Source of the DNA: a virus
Direction: 5' to 3' (one strand)
Virus record (IMG/VR): IMGVR_UViG_3300027983_002383
DNA length: 64,000 nucleotides
Shown here in pieces: positions 18,641-27,908 of this stretch; within the stretch, counting starts at the first letter, position 1, and every line of letters starts with the position of its first letter. Below the pieces are notes generated by a model. The model was not told the DNA's origin. It made no database searches and saw only the letters and a list, made by a program, of their open reading frames with translations. The position numbers were made by a program, and so were the translations under genes.

Positions 18641-18795
18641 TTTGTGGTCTTAAGGAATAATTGCAGCAAATTAAACTTAAAACTAGGTCAGAGGGGCTTT
18701 GATAACCCCCCTAACTTTAAAAGGTGTAAATCGTTTGTAAAAACGATATATATCACTGTTAGGAAAAAGTGTCAAACCGATTCCGTAACCACAAA
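18641..18795 (+). ncRNA. structured ncRNA candidate 1
   Basis: 5'/3' closing stems TTTGTGGT/ACCACAAA and GGAAT/ATTCC; internal hairpins GGGG/CCCC, ATCGTTT/AAACGAT, CACT/AGTG. Confidence 0.6.
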
Positions 18796-18802
18796 TGTAT
18801 TA

Positions 18803-19058
18803 GATGTAAACGAATGGTTTCCGCAAAAAACCTACAAACTAAAAATAGAAACAGGTTTTCTACCCCCTTTACCTAAACGAACATAAAGGGGTTAACCATA
18901 GGTGAGGTTTAAATGGGATTGTCCCAACCTTTAGGTTATAAAACAGACCTCTTGAATTTGTCTCAAGTAAAATAAAGACATTCAGTGGGACTGAATTAAC
19001 AATCTACCGTAGGGACAGTCACTACGTAAAATAAATACTGAATCACCATTCCGACATC
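18803..19058 (+). ncRNA. structured ncRNA candidate 2, related to candidate 1
   Basis: Closing stems GATGT/ACATC and GAATGGT/ACCATTC; internal TAGAAA/TTTCTA, CCCCTTTA/TAAAGGGG, GAGGT/ACCTC, ATTCAGT/ACTGAAT. Confidence 0.6.
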
Positions 19059-19066
19059 GAATCATT

Positions 19067-19106
19067 AAAAGAGGGTATTTTTTCATTAAAGTATCCTCTT
19101 TTTTTT
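19067..19106 (+). terminator. intrinsic terminator
   Basis: AAAAGAGGGTAT/GTATCCTCTTTT plus T-run closing the DUF2828-ncRNA unit. Confidence 0.75.
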
Positions 19107-19177
19107 GTGTAAACATTTACTGTTGAGGTTTTCTTCAGTAATATTAAACCAATAATAAGATATGATAAAATGAAAAA

Positions 19178-19651
19178 ATGAAAATAGTCACTAAAAATTG
19201 TAGTTTGAGTAAAGGTGTGAGGGGATATTTAGTTTACTTAACCGATGATAATGGAAATTCTTTAGAGTGTTTCGATGTTACAGGTGAAGAAGAAAGACTA
19301 GAAAAGGAAAATCAACTGAGTAAAGATCATGACATCAGTGAAAACGATATTGATTCAGTCTCTTTAGAAAAATATAAATCCCAACACAATAACTACACAC
19401 CATTAATTTTAGTTTTTTATCTTAATGAAGAGTTATTTACTATGACTGATGCGATTAAGACGTATGGTGAAAATGTGAGACAATACTTAGAAAATAAAGG
19501 TGATAACGTTAGATTATTCTTTTTACCAACTAAAGAATCAGAAAAAGTGACTTGTATTAACCCTGTGTTTATAGAAGATGAAGGTGAATTTGATAAGTTA
19601 AATGATCTGATAGAAGACATTACCAATAAATTTCAGGTTGGTGTAGAATAG
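19178..19651 (+). CDS. hypothetical protein
   Basis: ORF. Confidence 0.7.
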   Translation: MKIVTKNCSLSKGVRGYLVYLTDDNGNSLECFDVTGEEERLEKENQLSKDHDISENDIDSVSLEKYKSQHNNYTPLILVFYLNEELFTMTDAIKTYGENVRQYLENKGDNVRLFFLPTKESEKVTCINPVFIEDEGEFDKLNDLIEDITNKFQVGVE

Positions 19652-19652
19652 G

Positions 19653-20306
19653 TTATGGCCGACTAGATGATCTATGCACTCTATTGATAGTCCAACCAGT
19701 CTTATCAACGATCCTTTTATATAGGTTAGTTCTATTTCTTTCAGTTACTAATCCAGTAAACAAAATATTTTTAAGTTTATCATTCGATTCGTAAAACTTT
19801 TCTAATATTTTATACAATCTTTTAGCGTCAGACTTAGTTTTACATATTATGATATCAAAATCACCATCTTGATGTATTAAAACTTTATTGAGAACATAAT
19901 TTACTTGTTTAAGTAGAATACCTTTATGTTTTCTTAATAGTATTAATTTTAGTATTTCTTTTGTCTCCAACCTTTTATCGTAACCAAAGACAGTAAACTT
20001 CTCTTCATAGAAGTATTCATCTTTGTGTAGTATACTCCATTTGTCACTTTTAATGTTCACTTCTATATTTCTACCTAATTCATCTTTATCGTAAAATTTT
20101 AAATCATCCACTTCTTTTTCTTTTAGTAAAAGTAACTCATAGACAACTGGTTTTGTTTTCTTATAGGCGTTTGTTTTCTTTGGTGTTAGTACTTTATTTT
20201 TATCTTTTATTGTGAAGTATTTTTTCTTTGCATGTTTTTGATCACCACCTTGATAGATTAATTTCTTATGTTTACCATTTTTAGTTATGATAATTTTATA
20301 TAACAT
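19653..20306 (-). CDS. basic hypothetical protein
   Basis: 217-aa ORF, convergent with 19178. Confidence 0.75.
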   Translation of the reverse strand: MLYKIIITKNGKHKKLIYQGGDQKHAKKKYFTIKDKNKVLTPKKTNAYKKTKPVVYELLLLKEKEVDDLKFYDKDELGRNIEVNIKSDKWSILHKDEYFYEEKFTVFGYDKRLETKEILKLILLRKHKGILLKQVNYVLNKVLIHQDGDFDIIICKTKSDAKRLYKILEKFYESNDKLKNILFTGLVTERNRTNLYKRIVDKTGWTINRVHRSSSRP

Positions 20307-20421
20307 GCTTTCTTTTTTGATAAAAAATACGTATTATTTGTAATAAATAAATATTAAACCAAAACAAATAAGAATATACAGTACCTAAATAATGGGGTAA
20401 AGTTAAACAATAGATAAAAAA

Positions 20422-21417
20422 ATGAGTAAAGACTATTATAAAATACTTGAAGTAGATAAAAATTCTTCAGAAAAAGATATAAAAAAATCATATCGAAGGT
20501 TATCTAAGAAATATCACCCAGATTTAAATCCGGATAATGAAGAGGCTGAAAATAAATTCAAGGAGATTGCTGAAGCGTATTCGATATTATCAGATAAAGA
20601 GAAAAAATCTAATTACGATAACTTTGGTGACCCTAATGGTCAACAAACCCCCTTTGGTGGTGGCGGTGGTATGTATGACATCTACTCTCAATTCTTTGGT
20701 GGTAGAGGTAGAGGAAGGTCTGTCGTTAAAGGTAGTGACATAAGGATAAACATTCAGATGTCATTAGAAGAAATTTATAGTGGTGCACATAAAAAGATAA
20801 AATATCGTAGAAATAAAAAGTGTGAAACTTGTAGTGGTACTGGTGGTGACTCAACCACTTGTAATGGTTGTAATGGTCAAGGGGTTGTTAATCAGATACT
20901 ACAAACACCTATGGGTAGAATGCAAACCACAGTGGGGTGTCCTACATGTGGTGGTTCAGGACAGGTTATCACAAAACCTTGTGGTGGATGTTCCGCCAAT
21001 GGGGTAATGTTAACAGAAGAACAGTTATCTTTCGATATACCTAAAGGTATTATGGATGGTGAAAGTTTAAGGGTTACTAGTAAAGGTAATTCGATTAAAA
21101 ATGGTGTTGACGGTAGCCTATTTATAAATATCATTGAAAAATCTCATGATAAGTTTAGGAGATCAGGATTAGATATACACCAGAGGGTTAACTTACTATA
21201 TAAAGATTTAGTGTTGGGGGCATCTATTGAGGTATCTACCATCGATGGTAAGATACTAATGACAGTTAAAGAGGGTACACAAGTGGGTAGTATGTTAAGA
21301 GTCCCCCAGAAAGGATTTATTAGGGATGGACAAAAGGGTGATATGATTGTTGAAGTATGGATGGACGTACCCAAAGAAGTTAGTGATGAAGAAAAAGTGA
21401 TAATTAAATCATTATAA
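20422..21417 (+). CDS. dnaJ: DnaJ chaperone (class A)
   Basis: J domain KDYY..L, HPD; four CxxCxGxG-type repeats; C-terminal domain. Confidence 0.95.
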   Translation: MSKDYYKILEVDKNSSEKDIKKSYRRLSKKYHPDLNPDNEEAENKFKEIAEAYSILSDKEKKSNYDNFGDPNGQQTPFGGGGGMYDIYSQFFGGRGRGRSVVKGSDIRINIQMSLEEIYSGAHKKIKYRRNKKCETCSGTGGDSTTCNGCNGQGVVNQILQTPMGRMQTTVGCPTCGGSGQVITKPCGGCSANGVMLTEEQLSFDIPKGIMDGESLRVTSKGNSIKNGVDGSLFINIIEKSHDKFRRSGLDIHQRVNLLYKDLVLGASIEVSTIDGKILMTVKEGTQVGSMLRVPQKGFIRDGQKGDMIVEVWMDVPKEVSDEEKVIIKSL

Positions 21418-21473
21418 TTTGACTCTTTAACATATTATCTATATATTTAAAGAAAAAAATAAAAGAAAAAAGT

Positions 21474-21899
21474 ATGGCAAAATTTGAAGAAGTATTTGAG
21501 GACACATTAACTTTATTTAATCGACACATTGAAGATAGTTCTATACCTAGAGTGGTGAAAATAAAAATCCTATCCAACGAAGGAATAAAAAAGGGGTTTG
21601 GTAATGTAAATAAGACACAAGAATTTGTTAAATTTATGACAGATTACGATGTTATTATACAAATTAACGAACCTATATTCGATCAGTTAGAGGATAACCA
21701 AAAAGAATATGTCGTAAAAGATTTATTGGCGAAGGTTTTTTATGATGTGGATAAGGACAAAGTAAGTATTTTACAACACGATATTACTACTTTTAGTGGT
21801 GTATTGAGTAAGTATGATATTAACACCTACCTTTCAATTAAAGAAAGTATTGTAACACTATTAGAACAAAAACAAATTCAAGAAGATTCAACAAAATAA
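21474..21899 (+). CDS. phage metallopeptidase-like protein lacking HExxH
   Basis: DVIIQIN..FDQL...QK...HDI.TFSGVL.KY pattern; HELxH position reads KDLLAK. Confidence 0.35.
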   Translation: MAKFEEVFEDTLTLFNRHIEDSSIPRVVKIKILSNEGIKKGFGNVNKTQEFVKFMTDYDVIIQINEPIFDQLEDNQKEYVVKDLLAKVFYDVDKDKVSILQHDITTFSGVLSKYDINTYLSIKESIVTLLEQKQIQEDSTK

Positions 21900-21904
21900 A
21901 AAAA

Positions 21905-22102
21905 ATGGAAATAAATAAAGATGCGTCATCAGCAGGATTAACAGTCCAAGACAAGAATTGGGAACTAATGAGTGTATTAGGGATGAAATGGTCAGAAACT
22001 AATAGTCTTACAGAAGAAGATAGACAATTTCTATTAGGGAAAGTAGAAATTGTTAAAGATCACATAAAGAGGCAAGGACAGCCTAGCGATATATTAGGGT
22101 AA
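21905..22102 (+). CDS. small hypothetical protein
   Basis: ORF. Confidence 0.65.
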   Translation: MEINKDASSAGLTVQDKNWELMSVLGMKWSETNSLTEEDRQFLLGKVEIVKDHIKRQGQPSDILG

Positions 22103-22111
22103 TTAAGTTCT

Positions 22112-22753
22112 ATGCAAGCGAGAGCAAAGACTGGCTACGACTTTGAACAAACGGTTCGAAAAAAAGAAGGTTTTGAACGTTATATAAAAGCACCAAGAAT
22201 TAAATGGACTGGTGTTGGAAAAAATAACGTTCAAAAACTCCTTAGTTTAAATAAAAACCCTAGACTATTCAGACCTATAATAGAAGAATCTAGATTTACT
22301 AAGGCGGATGCTAAGGGTAAAGATGGTACTTTATATGAGATCAAAAAATATAGTAAGAAAGACATTGTTAAATTTAAACTATATTCTGAACCGATTATAA
22401 AGGTTGCGCCCACCCGAAGTAAATGGGGTGTAGGTGACCCATATTATGATTCGTTTAAAGATTGTAACGAATATAATAGATTTATTTACAAAATTACTAA
22501 AACTATGTGGTGGAGAAAATATAATAAAACCTTACTTGAAAATATTTATAAATCAAACAGTGGTATATTTTCTAAGGATGGGTTTATATCACACGATGAG
22601 TTAGAGTTTAAATGGGTAATTAATAAAGGTGAGTACGCACCTATATTTGAAAACTATCATAGACTGACTATTGTTTTTAGGTTAAAACAAGAAGTAAAAT
22701 GGTTTAGTAGGGTGTTGACTATCTTAAGAAAAATCACTATAATTAATAATTAA
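22112..22753 (+). CDS. putative PD-(D/E)xK endonuclease
   Basis: GYDFE...KADAKGKDGTLYEIKK; directly upstream of two MTases. Confidence 0.4.
   Translation: MQARAKTGYDFEQTVRKKEGFERYIKAPRIKWTGVGKNNVQKLLSLNKNPRLFRPIIEESRFTKADAKGKDGTLYEIKKYSKKDIVKFKLYSEPIIKVAPTRSKWGVGDPYYDSFKDCNEYNRFIYKITKTMWWRKYNKTLLENIYKSNSGIFSKDGFISHDELEFKWVINKGEYAPIFENYHRLTIVFRLKQEVKWFSRVLTILRKITIINN
22715..22743 (+). promoter_or_regulatory. canonical sigma70-type promoter for MTase genes
   Basis: TTGACT-17-TATAAT. Confidence 0.7.
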
Positions 22754-22764
22754 TTGAGAATAAA

Positions 22765-23673
22765 ATGATAAGTTATATTGGTGGTAAAGCTAGAATAAGT
22801 AAGTGGATAGTACCGTTCATACCTAAAGACATTGAAACATATGTAGAGGCGTTTAGTGGTATGTTTTGGGTATTCTTTAAAATGGACTTGAGTAAATACC
22901 CAAATCTAAATACCGTAGTATATAATGACTTTAATGGTTTAAACGCCAATTTATTTGATTGTTGTTTGGAATATGATAAGTTATGGGTTGAAATATCTCA
23001 ATACCCTTGTCAACAAGTTGGGGTTGAGGTTACACCTATAGAGTATAGTGAGATGTTTAACGAATATCAGAAAGAAGTATTTCATAGTGGTGTGACTATA
23101 ACACCAGAAAATAAATATGAAATTGCAGCTAAGTATGTGTATGTGTTAACACAAATATTTTCAGGATCTAAACCAGAGACTTCTTCTTATATTGACTATA
23201 AAGGTAAGTATAGGTGTAAGGTGTTGATATTTTTAGATAAATTAAAAACCCCAGAGTATAGAAAACATTTTGATAAAATCACATTTGTGGAGAACTTAGA
23301 TTTCCAAGAGGTGATAGAAAAATACGATTCAGAAAAAACATATTTTTATGTGGACCCACCTTATTGGAAAACAGAGAATTACTATTCCAATCACGATTTC
23401 GATAGAAGTGATCATGAAAGGTTGGCGGATACATTACTTAATATGAAGGGTATGTTCTCTTTAAGTTATTATGATTTCCCATTATTAAGACAATGGTTTC
23501 CACCATATGAGTATGTGTGGGAAATGAAAGAGTTTGCTAAAGCTGCTGCAGCTAAAAGTGGTAAAAAACAAAATATGGGGAAGGAGTTATTAATTATGAA
23601 TTACGGGGAAAACAAACTTATCAAACCAGTGATAGGGGAACAATTAGATTTATTTACACATACATTTTTATAA
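22765..23673 (+). CDS. D12-class N6-adenine DNA methyltransferase (Dam-like)
   Basis: SYIGGK, YVE.FSG, YND.N, FYVDPPY. Confidence 0.92.
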   Translation: MISYIGGKARISKWIVPFIPKDIETYVEAFSGMFWVFFKMDLSKYPNLNTVVYNDFNGLNANLFDCCLEYDKLWVEISQYPCQQVGVEVTPIEYSEMFNEYQKEVFHSGVTITPENKYEIAAKYVYVLTQIFSGSKPETSSYIDYKGKYRCKVLIFLDKLKTPEYRKHFDKITFVENLDFQEVIEKYDSEKTYFYVDPPYWKTENYYSNHDFDRSDHERLADTLLNMKGMFSLSYYDFPLLRQWFPPYEYVWEMKEFAKAAAAKSGKKQNMGKELLIMNYGENKLIKPVIGEQLDLFTHTFL

Positions 23674-23674
23674 A

Positions 23675-24586
23675 ATGAAAATACCAAAAAGAAAAAGAGT
23701 AGAAGAACAACCATTTTTATTTGATGTTGGAGAGTTTACTACGGGAACAACAGAAGAACAATTAGTTGATGATGTCTTTGATGACATAGAAGAATTGTTT
23801 GAGGACACTTCTCCAACAGATGTTGGATTAATTACAAATGAAATATATTGTGGTGATACTGTAGAAACTATGAAAAAGATAGATGATAAATCCATCAACC
23901 TCATATTAACTTCACCACCTTACTTAGCGTCAATTAGAAAGGATAATCATAAATATCCTGGAGCTAAAGACATAATTAAAGATAACCAACCAGTAAAAGA
24001 GTATTTGGAATGGTTGATTGCTGTTTTTAAAGAATATGAGAGAATATTATCTGATGATGGGGTTATCGTGTTTAATTATAGCTATACCACCTTCAATCCC
24101 TCTCTACCATATCTATTAATTAATGAGGTATTTGAGAACACTTCCTTACAGATATATGATACAGCATCTTGGAAGAAGAAGAATTGTGTACCCTTAAGTG
24201 GTCACCCTAATAGAATGACTAGAATAGTTGAAATGGTATATATCTTTGCTAAGACACCAAAGTTTAAAGCGAATAAGAAAGTTTCTTCTATATCAAAAAC
24301 AGGTCAAAGATACTTTAAAACGTATTATAACTTCATTGAAGCTAAAAATAACGATGGTAAGGTAGAAGGTCATGAGGCTACATTCTCATCAGAGTTTGCT
24401 AAATACTTCATCAATCTTTATTCGGATCCTAATGATATTGTGTTAGATAATTTTTCTGGAACAGGAACCACACCATATACTAGTTCTAAGATGGGTAGAC
24501 AATATATTGGTATTGATTTGGTAGAAGATTATTGTGACCATGCTAGAGAAAGAATGAATAGATTATATAAAGAAAGGAATAAATAG
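23675..24586 (+). CDS. beta-class N4/N6 DNA methyltransferase
   Basis: LTSPPY near N-terminus; H.ATF; VLDNFSGTGTT; YIGID. Confidence 0.92.
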   Translation: MKIPKRKRVEEQPFLFDVGEFTTGTTEEQLVDDVFDDIEELFEDTSPTDVGLITNEIYCGDTVETMKKIDDKSINLILTSPPYLASIRKDNHKYPGAKDIIKDNQPVKEYLEWLIAVFKEYERILSDDGVIVFNYSYTTFNPSLPYLLINEVFENTSLQIYDTASWKKKNCVPLSGHPNRMTRIVEMVYIFAKTPKFKANKKVSSISKTGQRYFKTYYNFIEAKNNDGKVEGHEATFSSEFAKYFINLYSDPNDIVLDNFSGTGTTPYTSSKMGRQYIGIDLVEDYCDHARERMNRLYKERNK

Positions 24587-24694
24587 TCGAGACATTTATT
24601 CATTCTCAGATATTTATATGGAAACTAATAAATACTTGATTAGAAATCAGGGTTTTATTATACAGTAGTTGAGTAATCATTAAAAAACAATATT

Positions 24695-24907
24695 TTGGGA
24701 AATAATGAGAAAAATGTCGATGAAATAGAGAGTGAGATAAAATCACTAAAGAAAACTTTGGATGTTATACAAAGTGATTGTCCCCACCTTAAATACACTA
24801 TAAAATTCGTACCAGAATTAAAGTCACCTAAGAAAATTTGTGATAAATGTAACTTATCCTTCGGGTATGCTACCAATCAAGAATTAAAAGATCATGGTTT
24901 TATGTAG
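24695..24907 (+). CDS. small protein with CPH/CxxC motifs, start uncertain
   Basis: TTG start; DCPH...ICDKC. Confidence 0.5.
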   Translation: MGNNEKNVDEIESEIKSLKKTLDVIQSDCPHLKYTIKFVPELKSPKKICDKCNLSFGYATNQELKDHGFM

Positions 24908-24911
24908 AAAA

Positions 24912-24943
24912 TTTGTTTAATTAGATTATTATGCGTATATTTG
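24912..24943 (+). promoter_or_regulatory. Bacteroidota-type promoter
   Basis: TTTG-20-TATATTTG. Confidence 0.75.
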
Positions 24944-24947
24944 TATT

Positions 24948-25337
24948 ATGAATGAAAGATATTTGAAAAATATTCGAAAACATCTAAACGATGAAAACAT
25001 TTCTTCTAAGTGTGATGTATTAAGAAACACTGCTTACCATACAGATAGGGAAATAAAGATAATATTTCCAGAAATAAAAATGTTTAGTGATTTAGAATTC
25101 GGTCCACATCATGTTGTAACTGATGGTGTACAAGCTAGGTTAGTTTTTGATAATGGTCGTTCCATTTCCGTTGTCGGAGGTGGAACAGGGTTGTATGGTA
25201 ATGGGACTACATCGTTTGAGGTTGCGTGGGTATCCGATGACAGTGGTGATTTTGAGGTTGCTGGGCACTTGGATATTGATAGTGTGACACAAAAAATGGT
25301 TGAAATACAATCCACATTAAAAGACGAAAATGGTTGA
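24948..25337 (+). CDS. phage hypothetical protein
   Basis: FDNG.SISVV...LYG....FEVA pattern. Confidence 0.7.
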   Translation: MNERYLKNIRKHLNDENISSKCDVLRNTAYHTDREIKIIFPEIKMFSDLEFGPHHVVTDGVQARLVFDNGRSISVVGGGTGLYGNGTTSFEVAWVSDDSGDFEVAGHLDIDSVTQKMVEIQSTLKDENG

Positions 25338-25475
25338 AGAAGAGTTAATAGATTTCATTGATTGGTTATCTGAAGAAGGTATCGCGAGATGGTATATGAT
25401 AGATGAAGATGTTGGAGGTGAAGGATCTTATACCATTGTTAGACGATATTTAAAAGATAAATTAAAAGAAGAATA

Positions 25476-25793
25476 ATGGACTACAGAATAAAACACCACC
25501 TAACTAACATAAGGATAATGATGTTAGAGATAAGGGAACGAATTAATGATGTTGTTGAGATAAATGAGTCAACAGTTCGTAGTTTATATCTTAATTTAAT
25601 AACAGAGAATTATGATACTATTATGATGTATCATGGGGAAGAGTTTACAACAGCGGTAATGGAACTATATGCTGAATGTGAATTATATGAAACATGTGCA
25701 CTTATGAGAGATAATATAAGTTTTGTGAAGGAATTAATAGAAACACTAAAGGAAGATGAAAAAGATGGGATACGAAACACCACTACCATATAA
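25476..25793 (+). CDS. hypothetical protein
   Basis: ORF. Confidence 0.65.
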   Translation: MDYRIKHHLTNIRIMMLEIRERINDVVEINESTVRSLYLNLITENYDTIMMYHGEEFTTAVMELYAECELYETCALMRDNISFVKELIETLKEDEKDGIRNTTTI

Positions 25794-25965
25794 AAATGAA
25801 TCACGTGAAAGATATAAAAAAAGATTAGACACACATATTAAATTTATCAAAGAAAATAGTATATGGTTTAAATTATTTAATTTATCTAAAAAAAGAAAGA
25901 AATGAAATGGACAGTAACAACAACATATGGAGATATCAATTTCAAGTATGTTATAATAAAAGAAG

Positions 25966-26454
25966 ATGAAAAGAAATAGTTATAAAAAAAGATTAAAATT
26001 AATTAGTGAAGATATTAAAAGGGTTTTTGATAATTTACCTGAAGAATATATGGATTTACCTGTTAAGGGGTATGAAGACATTGGTACTTTACTAAGTAAT
26101 ATTGAAATTGCTTCAGACTTAAAAAGTGAGGAGTTTATAAATTGGAAACCAAAGTTTGAAATTCCCACACACGATCCACAAACAGGAGAATTGAACCCTT
26201 ATTATGAAATATTAAAAGGTTGGAAGAATCCATTATTATGTGAAGAATATAAGGATATGAACCCAACACTTAAAACAGACTATTTGGATGAGAACATTTC
26301 TAAGATGCCAGATCAAAAATTACATCAGATAATATCCTTCATCAAAAGTGGTGTGAGAATAGTGGGGTATATTATTATACCCTTTAGTTTGTTTTGGGCT
26401 GTATGCTGGCTTATATTGAGTGAAGTGATAGGTATAGTTGAAGAATTAGTGTAA
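25966..26454 (+). CDS. hypothetical protein with C-terminal hydrophobic segment
   Basis: ORF. Confidence 0.65.
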   Translation: MKRNSYKKRLKLISEDIKRVFDNLPEEYMDLPVKGYEDIGTLLSNIEIASDLKSEEFINWKPKFEIPTHDPQTGELNPYYEILKGWKNPLLCEEYKDMNPTLKTDYLDENISKMPDQKLHQIISFIKSGVRIVGYIIIPFSLFWAVCWLILSEVIGIVEELV

Positions 26455-26476
26455 ACAAATAAATAAATAATTAATT

Positions 26477-26662
26477 ATGATTATCAACAGAAAAAGAAAC
26501 GAAGGAATGGAAATTGAGTATTTGGTTTTTACAATTTTTAGGTTTAAAATTTGGATAACTAAATCAAAGTATTTTAGCAAATACCCAAGGATTGTTATTT
26601 GGAAATTGTCAAAAGACCCAAATGTAGGTGCGTTAAAAACGTGGTCGGTTAAGTTCGGCTAA
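26477..26662 (+). CDS. small cassette-like ORF
   Basis: Stops 6 nt before attC-like site 1. Confidence 0.6.
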   Translation: MIINRKRNEGMEIEYLVFTIFRFKIWITKSKYFSKYPRIVIWKLSKDPNVGALKTWSVKFG

Positions 26663-26668
26663 ATGCAC

Positions 26669-26760
26669 CTATAACGTGTTAAATATGGTGAGTAGCCGCC
26701 AATAAGTTTGCTACGAAGAACAAATGTTTAATCGGCTATTCACTATATTTTGTGTTAGCC
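26669..26760 (+). mobile_element. attC-like site 1 (92 bp)
   Basis: CTATAAC ... GTTAGCC ends; 17-bp imperfect inverted repeat AATATGGTGAGTAGCCG / CGGCTATTCACTATATT. Confidence 0.65.
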
Positions 26761-26775
26761 ACTTTACGGTAAATT

Positions 26776-27042
26776 ATGACAGATACATTTAGATACTTCA
26801 TTAGAAAAAACTTCCCTGGAATTGGAAAAATAAGTAATGAAGATATAGACGAAATAGGAATTGAATTTCATAAACACTTGGATAGTAAATTAAATGATGA
26901 ACAAAAGATCAAGATACTACCTAAAAGTGTAATGGATATAGTAATGAATAGCAATCATCCATTTAAAACAAATGGATTTGAACCTGCTTATGTACTACAC
27001 TTTACTCAATGGGTAAAAGAACAACAGGAAGCACAGATGTAG
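26776..27042 (+). CDS. small cassette ORF
   Basis: Between attC-like sites 1 and 2. Confidence 0.65.
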   Translation: MTDTFRYFIRKNFPGIGKISNEDIDEIGIEFHKHLDSKLNDEQKIKILPKSVMDIVMNSNHPFKTNGFEPAYVLHFTQWVKEQQEAQM

Positions 27043-27048
27043 TATTGC

Positions 27049-27249
27049 TGCCAACGGTTAAGCTATGTTTAGATTTTTAACGGACAAATAAATAGAATAT
27101 TATGGATAGTAGAGAATTTTTAGATAATGAATTATTAGATGTGCCGAGATTCAAAATTGAGTACCCAAAAATGTATGAAGATATAATATCCATAATGGAT
27201 AGATACCACCGGGAGCAAGTTGAAAAATTGAACATAGATAATGTTAGCA
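27049..27249 (+). mobile_element. attC-like site 2 (201 bp) with ORF in its loop
   Basis: TGCCAAC ... GTTAGCA; arms CTATGTTTAGATTTTT / AAAAATTGAACATAG with one extra base on left arm. Confidence 0.55.
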
Positions 27250-27272
27250 ACCAACGCAACTTAAAAGGATAA
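27102..27272 (+). CDS. 56-aa ORF inside attC-like site 2 (not in ORF track)
   Basis: MDSREFLDNELLDVPRFKIEYPKMYEDIISIMDRYHREQVEKLNIDNVSNQRNLKG. Confidence 0.6.
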   Translation: MDSREFLDNELLDVPRFKIEYPKMYEDIISIMDRYHREQVEKLNIDNVSNQRNLKG

Positions 27273-27276
27273 TAAA

Positions 27277-27474
27277 ATGAAAATAATTATTGAAAGAAAC
27301 CAAAACGAAAGCCAATCACCAATAGTAACAATAGATACTACAACGTGCCACTACCCTTATGATATTAGAGGAGCGATAGAGTTGGCTTTGGAAATAGACG
27401 GGCACTCTAAAGAAACAATAAAAGAGGTATTTGGAATAATGCCTGATGCTAAATGTGAAGTAGAAAGCGAATAA
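27277..27474 (+). CDS. small cassette ORF
   Basis: Between attC-like sites 2 and 3. Confidence 0.65.
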   Translation: MKIIIERNQNESQSPIVTIDTTTCHYPYDIRGAIELALEIDGHSKETIKEVFGIMPDAKCEVESE

Positions 27475-27484
27475 TTTTTATTGT

Positions 27485-27535
27485 AGTTAACGCCCAAATA
27501 AAAGCCGTTTCAATGGCTGTTTATAAGGTGTTATG
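27485..27535 (+). mobile_element. attC-like site 3 (51 bp)
   Basis: GTTAAC-gcccaa-ATAAAAGCC / GGCTGTTAT-aaggt-GTTATGA. Confidence 0.55.
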
Positions 27536-27633
27536 ACAAAGTAAAGTGATTAAAAAACAGGACAAAAAATAAATAAATTATATTATTATGAATATAGATA
27601 AAAAGATATGAATTATAATAAAACAGAAAAAAG

Positions 27634-27900
27634 ATGAATACAGTTGAACTATTAGAAGAAATAAGAAATGATTATGTCAACAAGTTTGACAATGACCCTG
27701 TCATTAAAAGAGTATGCGATGTAATAATTGCTGAATATAAAAATAGAAGTAAAAAATTACTTTTACTTACTGCTGACACACAAAGAGAATTATTAAATGG
27801 TTTTTTAGATTGGGAAGACACTAATGCGAGTGGTAAGGTAAACATTAGAGATGAAAATAACAAATATATAACTGATTTTTTAAAAACTATTAAAAAATAA
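27634..27900 (+). CDS. hypothetical protein
   Basis: ORF. Confidence 0.65.
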   Translation: MNTVELLEEIRNDYVNKFDNDPVIKRVCDVIIAEYKNRSKKLLLLTADTQRELLNGFLDWEDTNASGKVNIRDENNKYITDFLKTIKK

Positions 27901-27908
27901 ACACAAAC

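Noticed and set aside
18644-18886. 80-aa GTG-start ORF after DUF2828
   Set aside because: No recognisable motif; overlaps the paired stems and the region is better explained as structured RNA
26669-27535. Intrinsic terminators as the explanation for the palindromes
   Set aside because: No U-tracts, and all three are bounded by AAC/GTT with unpaired spacers, which fits attC better; REP-like elements are not fully excluded
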